The position numbers were made by a program, and so were the translations under genes. From a virus: a stretch of DNA of 64,000 nt. Below the pieces are notes generated by a model. The model saw nothing but the letters and a program-made list of their open reading frames with translations. It made no database searches and was not told the origin of the DNA. Positions 19,697 through 29,340 of this stretch are shown one piece after another. The first letter of the stretch is position 1. Each line of letters opens with the position of its first letter. Location: IMG/VR virus record IMGVR_UViG_3300014202_001521, positions 130,931 to 194,930 of that record. One strand, 5' to 3'.

Positions 19697-20115
19697 TGAA
19701 GCATCTAGGCGCTGGAATACTATACACTGATGGCAAAAAGATTCTTCTATTGCACCGATCCAAAGACGCAACTGATTTTCCCAGCACTTGGGCGACGGCA
19801 GGCGGCGGGATTGAAGAGGGGGAAGAGTCGCTTACTGCTGCGGAAAGGGAAAGTAAGGAAGAGGTAGGTGCCGTAAAAGGCAAAAGGATCACTGGATTTC
19901 TCAGTGACCCTTTCATCATGTATATCTATAAGGTTGATAGACCGTTCGATATAACGCTCAACAATGAACACACGGAATCAGCATGGGTAGACTTAGATAA
20001 AGTCATCGACTATAAGCTCCACCCAAACTTCAGAAAGGAATGGCCGAAATATCTACGGGCCATTGACAAAAACAATCATAGCTTCGGTGGTTGGCTAAGC
20101 AGTCGAGTTGATTAA
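19696..20115 (+). CDS. Nudix hydrolase
   Basis: Nudix box GGIEEGEESLTAAERESKEEVG. LNNEHTE..W, LHP. Confidence 0.9.
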   Translation: MKHLGAGILYTDGKKILLLHRSKDATDFPSTWATAGGGIEEGEESLTAAERESKEEVGAVKGKRITGFLSDPFIMYIYKVDRPFDITLNNEHTESAWVDLDKVIDYKLHPNFRKEWPKYLRAIDKNNHSFGGWLSSRVD

Positions 20116-20381
20116 CGTCTTCGCTGTGCTGCGGCTCTTGCCTGCTGGATTTGCATACTCTTAGCATACTGAGCGCCCATTTCTTCATCACTTACTGGTG
20201 CGCCATATGCTGGGCCAGATTGTGCCGCCGCATGTGCTTGTCTTCCTTGTGCCGCTTGTGCTGGGGAGAGACTAAGTGTAGCACTTCGACGTGCGGTTGG
20301 TCTTTGTCCTGCTGTTACAGGCTGTTGGTCCATCGGGGCCAACTGAGCTTTTGCTTCTATAAATTGGGTCCATGTTTTCAT
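20112..20381 (-). CDS. Ala/Gln-rich protein with a CTS-like N-terminus
   Basis: MKTWTQFIEA versus T4 internal protein MKTYQEFIAE. Confidence 0.7.
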   Translation of the reverse strand: MKTWTQFIEAKAQLAPMDQQPVTAGQRPTARRSATLSLSPAQAAQGRQAHAAAQSGPAYGAPVSDEEMGAQYAKSMQIQQARAAAQRRR

Positions 20382-20385
20382 GCCC

Positions 20386-20970
20386 TTATATAGCATTCTC
20401 TTCAATTTTTTTGACCAATGATTGCATATCCTCAGCAACGTCTTCTTTGGCGGCTGGATTTCTTAAAAGATAGGAAGGATGGTAAGTGCAAAGAACATCG
20501 GCATTTACATGGGCGTCTTCGTACTTGAACCACTTGCCACGCATATATCCCATTGGGTGTTGAACTTTGAGCAAATAACGGGATGCAGTAGCACCCAAAC
20601 AGACTATAAACTTAGGGTTTATAATCTGAATCTGGATTTTCAGGTATGGTTCGCAGTTCTTTGCTTCGGTTTCAGTTGGTGTGCGATTTTTGGGTGGACG
20701 GCATTTAAGGATATTGCATAGGTAAATATCCTTTTCACGATCCCACCCGCAGGCGGAAATGATATTGGTCAGAAGTTGCCCCGCTCTACCAACAAATACT
20801 TCACCTTGTTCGTCTTCATCTTGGCCAGGAGCTTCCCCTAAAAGTAGGATTTTAGCACCTGGATTACCAGAATGAAGGACGGTGTTGGTTCTATTTGCTA
20901 CTAGATCGGGGCACTTCTGACAATTACAGACTTTATCGTTTAACTTATTCAATAGTTCTAATCTAGTCAC
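20386..20970 (-). CDS. uracil-DNA glycosylase, family 4 (4Fe-4S)
   Basis: CQKCPDL, GEAPG..ED..G..FVGRAG, N.LKCRPP.NR.P, TYHPS. Confidence 0.93.
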   Translation of the reverse strand: MTRLELLNKLNDKVCNCQKCPDLVANRTNTVLHSGNPGAKILLLGEAPGQDEDEQGEVFVGRAGQLLTNIISACGWDREKDIYLCNILKCRPPKNRTPTETEAKNCEPYLKIQIQIINPKFIVCLGATASRYLLKVQHPMGYMRGKWFKYEDAHVNADVLCTYHPSYLLRNPAAKEDVAEDMQSLVKKIEENAI

Positions 20971-21172
20971 TTATATCTGGCCTCCAACCTTTAGGTTTCC
21001 AGTAATTGACTGGATCATCCTCGTCGTATTCTTCATCACGTTTCTTCTTCTTGGGTGGTTTATGCCCCAAGAGTTTAAGAATACGATGGCCAAGCATATC
21101 TGTGAAGAAGAGACAGAAACCTATGCCGAGCAAAAACCCCAAAACCATTCCCATTATAAATACTATGTCCAT
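20963..21172 (-). CDS. small membrane-anchored protein
   Basis: N-terminal hydrophobic helix and charged tail. Confidence 0.6.
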   Translation of the reverse strand: MDIVFIMGMVLGFLLGIGFCLFFTDMLGHRILKLLGHKPPKKKKRDEEYDEDDPVNYWKPKGWRPDISD

Positions 21173-21181
21173 AATGTATAA

Positions 21182-21994
21182 TTAAGCGGGGATTGCTTGA
21201 TTTACCACAGGTTCTTCACCAAAAAATAGCACTCGCTCTCGATTGGTGACTTTCGAGAACGGGGGCATATCATACTTGATGAACTCATTTCTTTCAATCT
21301 CTAAATCAGCATTCACCCGATCCCTGTATTTTTCAGGCACTTTCGACAAATCAGGCTTGGCCATTACCTTACGACGAAGGATATATGTTCCTCTTTTGAA
21401 AAAGTTGGGGTAGTCATTCCAGTTAATCTGCTTTTCTTGGAACAACATTTCCTGAATCATCGAGCCATTGCGTCCGTGCAACTGTTTTTGACTAAAGCAC
21501 GCCTGTCCAGCCATCTGAATACTATTACGAGTAGCATCAAACTCCCTCCATAGGAACATATTAGCTGCTTCGACTGTGTTGGGCAGATTCATTACCCGCG
21601 CATCGAAGTACGCCTCTTCTTTTGCTTTTTCGGGCAAGAAATCAGGCAAAAGACGATTGAACTTAACCGAAGTTTTAGACGCTAAGTGAGAGTTCAGTTT
21701 AAGAATACGGCCATTGCAGAACATTTCACTTTCGTAGTCGTCAATGTTCCAACCTAAACTGATTTCATCGCTTTGAGTATAAGCTACGTTAGCATTAAAC
21801 TCTTTAGCTAGTTCTAAAGTTAATGCAACCATTAATGATGATAGTCGTTCATCATAAGGCCGCTTTAACTTACGGCAGAAGCTGTGGAAGCAAATGCCGT
21901 CCATGCGCGCAACAGCGGGTAAGAGCGGCATAAGTCGTCGCTCGGTTTCGAAGCTCTCATAGAACTTCATACGGTCGCCAAAGTTGTCTTTCAT
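21182..21994 (-). CDS. thg1: tRNA(His) guanylyltransferase Thg1-like protein
   Basis: GDRMK.YE, RMDG..FH, YTQSDEIS, FDAR, WR..DA.RNS, FKRG. SD CAGGAG before ATG 21994. Confidence 0.92.
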   Translation of the reverse strand: MKDNFGDRMKFYESFETERRLMPLLPAVARMDGICFHSFCRKLKRPYDERLSSLMVALTLELAKEFNANVAYTQSDEISLGWNIDDYESEMFCNGRILKLNSHLASKTSVKFNRLLPDFLPEKAKEEAYFDARVMNLPNTVEAANMFLWREFDATRNSIQMAGQACFSQKQLHGRNGSMIQEMLFQEKQINWNDYPNFFKRGTYILRRKVMAKPDLSKVPEKYRDRVNADLEIERNEFIKYDMPPFSKVTNRERVLFFGEEPVVNQAIPA

Positions 21995-22084
21995 TTTGGT
22001 ACTCCTGTGTAGGCGATCAGTGAAGACACCGCCCGCGATTGCAAGGTTCACAGTAAAAAATAAATTCCTGCAAATTTAATAAAA

Positions 22085-22113
22085 AGCGTACTCCTATTAA
22101 GATAATCTGTCAA
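22085..22113 (-). promoter_or_regulatory. sigma70-type (early) promoter for the thg1/UDG unit
   Basis: TTGACA-17 nt-TACGCT on the minus strand. Confidence 0.6.
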
Positions 22114-22132
22114 GTAACAAAAAGGTGGTAAT

Positions 22133-22867
22133 GTGATTAGACAATTATTGAGTTTCGTATTGTTACTAGGCTTGGCCCTTCCGTCATTTTCGCAAGTTCC
22201 AACCAGTGTTCCAACAACAACAGATGCAGTTGGAGCAAGTAGTAACAAAACTGATGGTATTGAGTTGCCAGCAGACCAGACTGTAAAGTTCGATGAAGGT
22301 TTCGTAACACTTCAAGCAAATTGTAAAGGCACTGTAAAGTGGCTAGTAATTAGTGCAACTAAGATTAAATACTTTACTTTGCCAACAGGCAATAGTATAA
22401 TAATCTCTGTTCCTCCGCAGGGTGGATTAATTACAGTATTTGCGGTAGGATTGGTAGATGGGAAATTAACGGATTTTGCCAGAACAAGTATCACTATAAC
22501 AAGTGGTGGACCAGTACCTAATCCCAACCCAACGCCCAATCCAAATCCTAACCCAAATCCTGCGCCCGTTTCGGCACATGTAACATTTGTGGTGGATTTG
22601 AATAACACAACTCCAGCACTAGGACAAATACTAAATTCTCAGAAAGTAAGAGAAGCAATTACAACAAGGGGTGCTTATTATAGGCTCTATGATGTTAATT
22701 CAGCAGTTCTTAAAGAGAAGGGTTTAGATCGTGTTGTAGCGGAGAAGGGTGGCCCGCCTATGATTATAGTGCAGGCGGCTAATGGAAATATAGTAGGTGC
22801 ATTGAAGATGCCAGGAACGGAAGCCGATGTTCTTCAATATTTGACTAAGATATTGGGAGGTCAGTAA
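22133..22867 (+). CDS. exported protein: signal peptide, beta domain, PN linker, thioredoxin-like C-domain without CxxC
   Basis: MIRQLLSFVLLLGLALPSFS. (PN)n linker. GGPPMIIVQ. Confidence 0.7.
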   Translation: MIRQLLSFVLLLGLALPSFSQVPTSVPTTTDAVGASSNKTDGIELPADQTVKFDEGFVTLQANCKGTVKWLVISATKIKYFTLPTGNSIIISVPPQGGLITVFAVGLVDGKLTDFARTSITITSGGPVPNPNPTPNPNPNPNPAPVSAHVTFVVDLNNTTPALGQILNSQKVREAITTRGAYYRLYDVNSAVLKEKGLDRVVAEKGGPPMIIVQAANGNIVGALKMPGTEADVLQYLTKILGGQ

Positions 22868-23712
22868 TGTATCCAATTGGAAAGTTATCTGTAAGTCGTT
22901 TGCCGTCTGTTAATTTCGATGGCAATTATTTTGTTCTAGGCTGCCTGCCAGAAACAGAAGAATCATGTGCGGCATTTCCGCCATTTTATACCTTGCGAGC
23001 GGCGGGAGCATTAGACCCTTCATTATGGCAAGAAATAGATTTGCAATGGTATAAGAATCCCATTTGGAATCAGGCAATGACTTCCTCTTGTGTGGGGCAA
23101 GGCGTCACAGCAGGTATGCAAATATGTTACATGCAATCTGGACGACCATTGATTGAGTTTAACCCATACTTTGCGTATGGGTTAATTAATGGTGGGCGTG
23201 ATGCGGGTGCAATGATTTCTGATGGGTTAAAGGCATTGATGCAGTATGGAACATGCCCCAAAGCTGATCTTCCACAGGGCGTAATGTTTCAGAGTCAGTT
23301 TCCGCAAAAAGCGTTTGAAAGTGCAAAGAGATTTAAGTTAGTGCAGGCGTTTAAGTGTGGGAGTTTCGAGGATATTTGTTCTGCGATTACTTTAGGATTT
23401 GTATGTCCTTTAGGAATTTATGTAGATCAGAATTTCTCTCGTCTTGATAGTGATGGTGTATCAGGTGTACCATCTGGAATGAATGGTGGTGGACATTGTA
23501 TTTTAGGCATGGGCCTTAAAAAGTCTAGTCGCTACGGATGGATGATTAAGACACAAAATAGCTGGGGTAGTAACTTTGGTAGAAACGGTTACTCATATAT
23601 TCATAAGGGACACTTCCAGAAAATGAATCCTGATGCTTTTGCGATCCAATCAGTTATGGATGATCCGCAAGACAATACACCAGTTGATGAGGTTCCAACA
23701 GTAACCAATTAA
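22867..23712 (+). CDS. papain-like (C1) cysteine peptidase
   Basis: NQ..TSSCVG (Q and C), GGHCI (H), QNSWG..FG.NGY (N). Confidence 0.9.
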   Translation: MYPIGKLSVSRLPSVNFDGNYFVLGCLPETEESCAAFPPFYTLRAAGALDPSLWQEIDLQWYKNPIWNQAMTSSCVGQGVTAGMQICYMQSGRPLIEFNPYFAYGLINGGRDAGAMISDGLKALMQYGTCPKADLPQGVMFQSQFPQKAFESAKRFKLVQAFKCGSFEDICSAITLGFVCPLGIYVDQNFSRLDSDGVSGVPSGMNGGGHCILGMGLKKSSRYGWMIKTQNSWGSNFGRNGYSYIHKGHFQKMNPDAFAIQSVMDDPQDNTPVDEVPTVTN

Positions 23713-23720
23713 GGAGCAAT

Positions 23721-24209
23721 ATGGCAAACGATGAATTGAAAATGAGTGCAGCAAATTTCGGCTTTGACGCGACGTGGATTGCCGACATTTTGCAAAAATA
23801 TGGCGCTGACGCCTTGGCCTTGGCTATCGAAGCCGCCAGGAATGGTTTTTCAGTGGCCTTTATTGTTGAGATTTTACAGAAATTCGGCCCAGCAATTTTA
23901 GAGTTCATACTTTCGTTATTTAACCAGCATCAAGCATCCTTGCGTATGCGTGGCATGGTAGGGACTGGTGACGTTATAACTGGAGATGTTCTTGAAGGGA
24001 TTGATGCTTCATTCTTGGATGTAATTATCCAGAAGTATCTTCCTGTTATTATCGAAAAATATCTGCCGACCATTTTCGCACAATTTGGTCCAATGATTAT
24101 GGAGTTCCTAAAGAATAATATGCAGTCCATTTTCGAGAAGTTTGGACCAGAAATTATTCAAATGATTCTCCAGTTATTCTTGAATAATCTTAAAGCGGCA
24201 AAGCAGTAA
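23721..24209 (+). CDS. amphipathic helical-repeat protein
   Basis: Repeats ILQKYGA, ILQKFGP, IIQKYLP, IIEKYLP, FAQFGP, FEKFGP. Confidence 0.65.
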   Translation: MANDELKMSAANFGFDATWIADILQKYGADALALAIEAARNGFSVAFIVEILQKFGPAILEFILSLFNQHQASLRMRGMVGTGDVITGDVLEGIDASFLDVIIQKYLPVIIEKYLPTIFAQFGPMIMEFLKNNMQSIFEKFGPEIIQMILQLFLNNLKAAKQ

Positions 24210-24210
24210 T

Positions 24211-26076
24211 ATGAAGAATGTTAGCATCGTAATGTCTTTTATCGCGGTATTAGCAGCAGGAGCCGTTTTCGGCTTGGCTGTTTACCGCGATAAAGGACAA
24301 CCACATGCGCCAGTAGAGCAAGCAGCGGAGACGAAGAAATTTGCCTCTGCCGCTTCTTCTATGGATATAAAGACAAACGTTCAAACTGGCCATGTTGTAG
24401 TTGAATCAAAGGAAGACCCTCCTTTCGTTGCTCCTAAAGCGGTGCCAATTGCACCAGCAGTACCAGCACAAGAACCAGTACAACAACCAGTTATGGGGCC
24501 ACAACAGCCCATTCAAACTCAAGCTCCAGAAATTCTATACACCGCTGATAGTTCTATCAAATTTGCTGTAGGCGACATTCTGACAATTCCAGAGGAAGAT
24601 CGCAAATACATGCGTTATTTCTCTCTATACAACATTCCTAAAGTAAAAAGACGAGACTATGCGGCGACATTCTCTTTCGTATGTAATTCTCTAAGCACCC
24701 GCAAAAAGATTTGTATACCAATCTTCTTAGGAGCATCAGATGAAACTGTTATGCGTGTCGATATTCGACACTATGGTTGGAAGCCTGAAATCCTTGAAAG
24801 ATTAGGGCTTAAAGGCAGCGGTCCAAAACCGTTCCCTGAACCCTACTTTCATTACGTTATTGATAAGCCAATTCTTGAAAAAGTAAAAGTGAAGAAAAAG
24901 GTATTGGAGAAGGTGCCTTGGAAAGATGAACGTGGTGTTCAATACGTTACTAAAGACGGTAAACCAGCTTTCAAAGAGGTCGAAAAAGAGGTCGAAGTTG
25001 AGGAACTTGTAGCCAATAAGAGGGAATATTGTCCAGAGAAAGCACCTTGGCTAGACCCTTTGGCCAACGGTACGCTTTATACCAATTGTTGTACCGCTTA
25101 TCCTATGTTTAGGGCCGACTGGTTTATGGCCAATGTAATCTTACCACCTTTTTATTATGACATATTGGGCCTGGGTAAGAATATCAAAGATTTTGAAAAA
25201 CTAGCTTTTGCAGATGAAGACCTGGCTAGGAAAGCTAGTTCACAGGATAAGGCTGTTGTTATAGCATCCATTGTAGCTCGTAATAATAGAACACTTACAA
25301 GAAGTCCTACATTTACGGGAGGTTATATATGGGGTAGCAAGGATTCATTAACCAGTGTTAATGATAGAGATTATGTTAAATACTTGCTCGATGAGAAATT
25401 CGACGCTACAGAAGACATTGCCAGCCTGCCCAATGGATTGCAATTTTATTTCCTAACTGATGGTAAGGGAGCAAGACTTGATTTCGCAAACCCCGACATT
25501 GCTATTGATAAAGAATCGGTTGATAAGATTGTAAGAACTGGCAGAAGTTGTATGATTTGTCATTCGGATGGTATTCGTCCAATTAATGATGAAATTAGAA
25601 GTTTAACTAGGAAGTTGCAAGACCCTAAACAGGTTCAGCTTCTTATAACCAGGAAGGAAGATGCTTTTCGCATAGAAGATTTGTTTAGTTCTGATTTAGA
25701 TGAACAAATAATTAAAGATCAGAACTATTATAGAGCAGCCGTCGCAAGGGCTACTGGATTACGGTCAGAAGTAGTCGCTAAGACGCTTAATGAAATATAT
25801 AACACTTATGTAGAACGCCTACTTAACATAGAGGATGTTTGTAGAGAAGTAGGTATAAATGTAAATAACTTAGATGCATATATAAAGGCAAGTAAAGACA
25901 ATGTGGTGTTAGGACTACTCAAAAACCCAACTCGTCCTATCAGACGTGACCAGTGGGAAACTTGTTACGGAAGATTCGAAATACTTATTGGTGCAAGGAA
26001 GCAAGGATTGGATCACGCTGATCCATACCCTGTTGGACCACTTATTGATTTACACTTGCCGAAATATCTGCCCTAA
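24211..26076 (+). CDS. membrane-anchored/exported protein with a c-type heme motif
   Basis: N-terminal hydrophobic segment. RYFSLYN, RADWF, LPNGLQ.Y, SCMICH. Confidence 0.75.
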   Translation: MKNVSIVMSFIAVLAAGAVFGLAVYRDKGQPHAPVEQAAETKKFASAASSMDIKTNVQTGHVVVESKEDPPFVAPKAVPIAPAVPAQEPVQQPVMGPQQPIQTQAPEILYTADSSIKFAVGDILTIPEEDRKYMRYFSLYNIPKVKRRDYAATFSFVCNSLSTRKKICIPIFLGASDETVMRVDIRHYGWKPEILERLGLKGSGPKPFPEPYFHYVIDKPILEKVKVKKKVLEKVPWKDERGVQYVTKDGKPAFKEVEKEVEVEELVANKREYCPEKAPWLDPLANGTLYTNCCTAYPMFRADWFMANVILPPFYYDILGLGKNIKDFEKLAFADEDLARKASSQDKAVVIASIVARNNRTLTRSPTFTGGYIWGSKDSLTSVNDRDYVKYLLDEKFDATEDIASLPNGLQFYFLTDGKGARLDFANPDIAIDKESVDKIVRTGRSCMICHSDGIRPINDEIRSLTRKLQDPKQVQLLITRKEDAFRIEDLFSSDLDEQIIKDQNYYRAAVARATGLRSEVVAKTLNEIYNTYVERLLNIEDVCREVGINVNNLDAYIKASKDNVVLGLLKNPTRPIRRDQWETCYGRFEILIGARKQGLDHADPYPVGPLIDLHLPKYLP

Positions 26077-26087
26077 TAAGGAGAAAT

Positions 26088-27005
26088 ATGAAGAAATGTT
26101 GGATTATAGCTATTATCGCAACAGCAGTTAGTTTATTTGTCACATCCGACGCACATGCGTTTGGGAGAAGGTGTGGTGGCGGTAGGGTAGTTTCACGCTC
26201 TTGTTATACACCTTGTTACACAAATTACTGTGCGCCATACGTCGCACCAGTAGTCGTTAAAGAAATTGTGCCAGTTCTGGCATATCCAGTTTTAGTTCCT
26301 GCCTTCCAATTCCAGTATGTCCCACAAGCCTACGCGACAGCAGTTCCAGTTGTTCCAGTAACAGGCTATCCCGTAGCAACACCAATTACTCAACCTTACG
26401 GCTATGGTACTCAACCTGTTGCCTATGGACAGCCAGGACAACCAGCTATGCCAGCCAACCCATACGGACAACCAGCTTATGGTCAGCCAAACGGTAATGG
26501 TTATGCTAATGGCAATGGTTATGCTAATGGCAATGGTTATGCTAATGGTAATGGTGGTAATGGATTGAACAATAATGATAAGATTCGTGAGCTTGCTAAG
26601 GCTTTACTAGAAGAAATGAATCGCCAGTCGCAGGATGGTCCAGTTGATAGTGGGCCACCAGTTGTGCCAGGAACACAGCCACGACAGCCACAGCAACCAC
26701 CAGTGGGACAAGGGCAAAACAATTTTTTTCCGCCACCGCAGCAACCGCAACCTAATGCTCAGTTAGCACAGTTTGCTATTGCTGCGATGAACAGAACATG
26801 CTCACAGTGCCACACGGGAGTTGGTTCCAAGGGTGATATGACTATCTTCACTCAGCCTGGTCTGCTTAATCAGCAGGTTAATTGGAGGAAAATTAAAGAT
26901 GAAGTTGCTAGTGGGAGAATGCCACCAAGGGATGTTCATTTCCAGTTAGGACAGCAGGAAAGGCAGGGCATTCTACAGTGGTTACAGTCTATTGGCGTAA
27001 ATTGA
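26088..27005 (+). CDS. exported protein with a low-complexity middle and a C-terminal cytochrome c domain
   Basis: Signal peptide ending AHA. CSQCH...GRMPP...L...ER..ILQWL (His/Met class I cytochrome c pattern). Confidence 0.8.
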   Translation: MKKCWIIAIIATAVSLFVTSDAHAFGRRCGGGRVVSRSCYTPCYTNYCAPYVAPVVVKEIVPVLAYPVLVPAFQFQYVPQAYATAVPVVPVTGYPVATPITQPYGYGTQPVAYGQPGQPAMPANPYGQPAYGQPNGNGYANGNGYANGNGYANGNGGNGLNNNDKIRELAKALLEEMNRQSQDGPVDSGPPVVPGTQPRQPQQPPVGQGQNNFFPPPQQPQPNAQLAQFAIAAMNRTCSQCHTGVGSKGDMTIFTQPGLLNQQVNWRKIKDEVASGRMPPRDVHFQLGQQERQGILQWLQSIGVN

Positions 27006-27061
27006 TAGAAATTTTACTTATTAAATGACTATATACGGATAGTCCTATCAATTGGAGGCAT

Positions 27062-27781
27062 ATGAAAATTTGGTTAACTTTGATCGCAGCGGTTGCTTTG
27101 CTGTTTGGAACAGTGAAGTCGGCTGAGGCAACAGTGGTTCGTGTTGGTCATGGATTTGGTTATGGTGGCGTTGGCTATCGTAGTTTTGGATACGGTTACG
27201 GTGGATACGGCTATGCCGCTTATCCGATTGCTGTAGCGGTTCCATATGCAGTACCTTATCCAGTTGCAGCGGCTTATCCTGTTGCGGCACCAGTCGCGGT
27301 AGCTCCTATTGCTTATCAGGCACCAGTCGCGGAACCTTATTGCCCACCAGTGGCAGCGGCTCCTATTTACGCGGCTCCAGTGGTGTATGCAGCACCAGTT
27401 TACAGCTATGGTTACGGCGTTAGCTCCTATGGAGTTGGCTTCGGTGGTTATGGTGTAGGCTTCGGTGGCTATGGCGTTGGTTTTAACAGAGGTTTTGGCT
27501 ACGGCAATAACGTAGTAGCTTTTAATCGTGGTTTTGGCAACACAGTAGTTGTAAACCGTGGTTTCGGTGCAAACGTTGTTGTTCGTAACGGTTTTGGCAA
27601 CAATGCAGTAGTTGTAAACCGTGGTTTCGGTGCAAATGTTGTTGTTCGTAACGGTTTTGGCAACAATGCAGTAGTTGTAAACCGTGGTTTCGGTGCAAAT
27701 GTAGTAGCCGTTAATCGCGGTAACGCAAATGTAGTTGTTCGCAACGGCGTTTTTGGCCGAACGGTAGTTCGCGTCCGCTAA
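27062..27781 (+). CDS. exported Gly/Tyr/Val/Asn-rich repeat protein
   Basis: Signal peptide ending AEA. GYG, YPVAA and NRGFG(A/N)NVVV repeats. Confidence 0.75.
   Translation: MKIWLTLIAAVALLFGTVKSAEATVVRVGHGFGYGGVGYRSFGYGYGGYGYAAYPIAVAVPYAVPYPVAAAYPVAAPVAVAPIAYQAPVAEPYCPPVAAAPIYAAPVVYAAPVYSYGYGVSSYGVGFGGYGVGFGGYGVGFNRGFGYGNNVVAFNRGFGNTVVVNRGFGANVVVRNGFGNNAVVVNRGFGANVVVRNGFGNNAVVVNRGFGANVVAVNRGNANVVVRNGVFGRTVVRVR
27480..27760 (+). repeat. coding tandem repeats (30/33-bp units, 63-bp higher-order unit)
   Basis: gtagttgtaaaccgtggtttcggtgcaaa recurs three times at 63-bp spacing. Confidence 0.8.
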
Positions 27782-27794
27782 ACGACCTATAAAT

Positions 27795-27834
27795 AAAAAA
27801 GCCAGTAAACACACAATGTTTACTGGCTTTTTTT
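27795..27834. terminator. bidirectional intrinsic terminator ending the 22.1-27.8 kb operon
   Basis: A6-GCCAGTAAACA...TGTTTACTGGC-T7. Confidence 0.85.
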
Positions 27835-27856
27835 ATGTCCTATTTCGAGTTGTGGC

Positions 27857-28330
27857 TTATCCCAATAAAATTTCAACACCCTCTAGAGGGTCTTCCGTGA
27901 TAAGTGTATCAACGGCTGGCTTGTGTGGCTGATTTTCGATCAATGGCTTTACCTTGTCAGTTGGCACGACATGCTCTGTCTGACCCTGGTTGGTAAATCT
28001 GCCTGGCTGATCGAGAATTAATTTCTTTTCTTCCATAATGCCTGTCCTTTCGCTTGCTGCGGGTTTGAGAGTTTCTATCAATCTAATTTCACCTGATCGC
28101 ATCATATTCAGGAAATAACTATCACCAATGAATGTCTGCCCCATCGGAATCATACATGGATTCATTGGAATAGGACTCTTGATTGGCTTCTTCAAAAGCA
28201 TCAAGTCACCTCTGGTGTTATTGACGAATAAATATTCACCATCACCTTTAAGCGAATCTTCACGCTTTTGCCTTTTCATTTCTCTAATTGTGTACTTGTC
28301 TACCTTCTTGATTTTTTTTCTGTAATTCAT
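27857..28330 (-). CDS. hypothetical protein
   Basis: 157-aa ORF. Confidence 0.7.
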   Translation of the reverse strand: MNYRKKIKKVDKYTIREMKRQKREDSLKGDGEYLFVNNTRGDLMLLKKPIKSPIPMNPCMIPMGQTFIGDSYFLNMMRSGEIRLIETLKPAASERTGIMEEKKLILDQPGRFTNQGQTEHVVPTDKVKPLIENQPHKPAVDTLITEDPLEGVEILLG

Positions 28331-28395
28331 ATTATAGCCTTTACTAATCTAACTTGTATATATATAATAGTTTAGATTTGAATTTTGGGGAAAAA

Positions 28396-28716
28396 ATGAA
28401 ACTTAAAAAATGGACAGAGCTTTATCCGCATGGAACTAAAGAGGGAGACGAAGAACTTGCATTCTTTGTATCGCTTGCACGCAGCCCGAAATATGTCTGG
28501 CGATCCACCTCTGGAATTGCAAATGACACTGGACTAACCAAGGAACGAGTAGAAGAGATTATCGACAAATACTTCAAAATGAATATAGTTTATCAGCATC
28601 CAAAGAACGACGACAATTGGGGTTATTGGGAAAGGCTACCTGCCGACATGCTTCCTAAAGATTATCAGAGCTTAGTTACCAAGGATCAAAAGGCTAGAAT
28701 GAAGAAAAGTAAATAA
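28396..28716 (+). CDS. putative winged-helix protein
   Basis: WRSTSGIANDTGLTKERVEEII resembles an HTH. Confidence 0.55.
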   Translation: MKLKKWTELYPHGTKEGDEELAFFVSLARSPKYVWRSTSGIANDTGLTKERVEEIIDKYFKMNIVYQHPKNDDNWGYWERLPADMLPKDYQSLVTKDQKARMKKSK

Positions 28717-28748
28717 AAAAAGCCCCCTTATTTCTAAGGGGGCTTTTT
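28716..28748. terminator. bidirectional intrinsic terminator
   Basis: A-run GCCCCCTTA...TAAGGGGGC T-run between convergent genes. Confidence 0.8.
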
Positions 28749-28755
28749 CGTGCCT

Positions 28756-28977
28756 TTAAGGTGCCTCGTCGCTAGGCGCTTTGTCTTTATACTGGTCAAA
28801 GTTCTTCAAGTCTAAGTCAGCAGTCGCTATACTTGGATTGAAATACTTGTGTGGATAATGAGCCTTTACATAACCTGTCGGCATTGGATAATGAATACCT
28901 GTCCTTAACCCACGCTCAGTTAAAAAGCTCAAGTCTCTTTTATTTGATTCGCACCACTGCATGAATGTTGTTACCAT
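28756..28977 (-). CDS. small protein, CTS-like N-terminus
   Basis: MVTTFMQWCE...LTE. Confidence 0.65.
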   Translation of the reverse strand: MVTTFMQWCESNKRDLSFLTERGLRTGIHYPMPTGYVKAHYPHKYFNPSIATADLDLKNFDQYKDKAPSDEAP

Positions 28978-29048
28978 AAATTTCTTCACTCCTCTAATCT
29001 TATTATTATATAGCCCACTGCTGTATTTTTTGTTCGGAAAAATTTATG

Positions 29049-29077
29049 TTGACAATTTTACCAAACCGTGATAGTAT
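29049..29077 (+). promoter_or_regulatory. sigma70-type early promoter
   Basis: TTGACA-17 nt-TAGTAT, followed by SD AGGAG and ATG 29101. Confidence 0.75.
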
Positions 29078-29100
29078 TATTGAATACTAGGAGATATTAC

Positions 29101-29340
29101 ATGAAACCTGTAATGAAAGTCACGGTTAAACAAGCTAACCCAAACGTAAAAAGCTATGAAGGTCTAGTTGATCTTCCAAATCTGAATGGCACTAAGTTGA
29201 AGAAGGAAAACGGCGGCACTCACTACACCACCGTATCAAACCTAAAGCAAGCCGCTTTAGCCGCCGCAAAGAAGTATAATGCTGTATTAAACTTCGTGGC
29301 ACCACAGCAAAAGGTGGCCGCAAAGCGATCCACTCGTTAA
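29101..29340 (+). CDS. small basic early protein
   Basis: Own promoter, SD and terminator. Lys-rich. Confidence 0.75.
   Translation: MKPVMKVTVKQANPNVKSYEGLVDLPNLNGTKLKKENGGTHYTTVSNLKQAALAAAKKYNAVLNFVAPQQKVAAKRSTR

Noticed and set aside
27788-27795. Perfect TATAAATA late promoter
   Set aside because: It points directly into a terminator with no downstream + strand ORF. Probably part of the AT-rich terminator flank.
27074-27814. Long antisense ORFs over repeat genes (also 11768..12301, 29769..30431, 30169..30687)
   Set aside because: Shadow ORFs caused by low-complexity codon usage on the coding strand. No SD or recognisable motifs.
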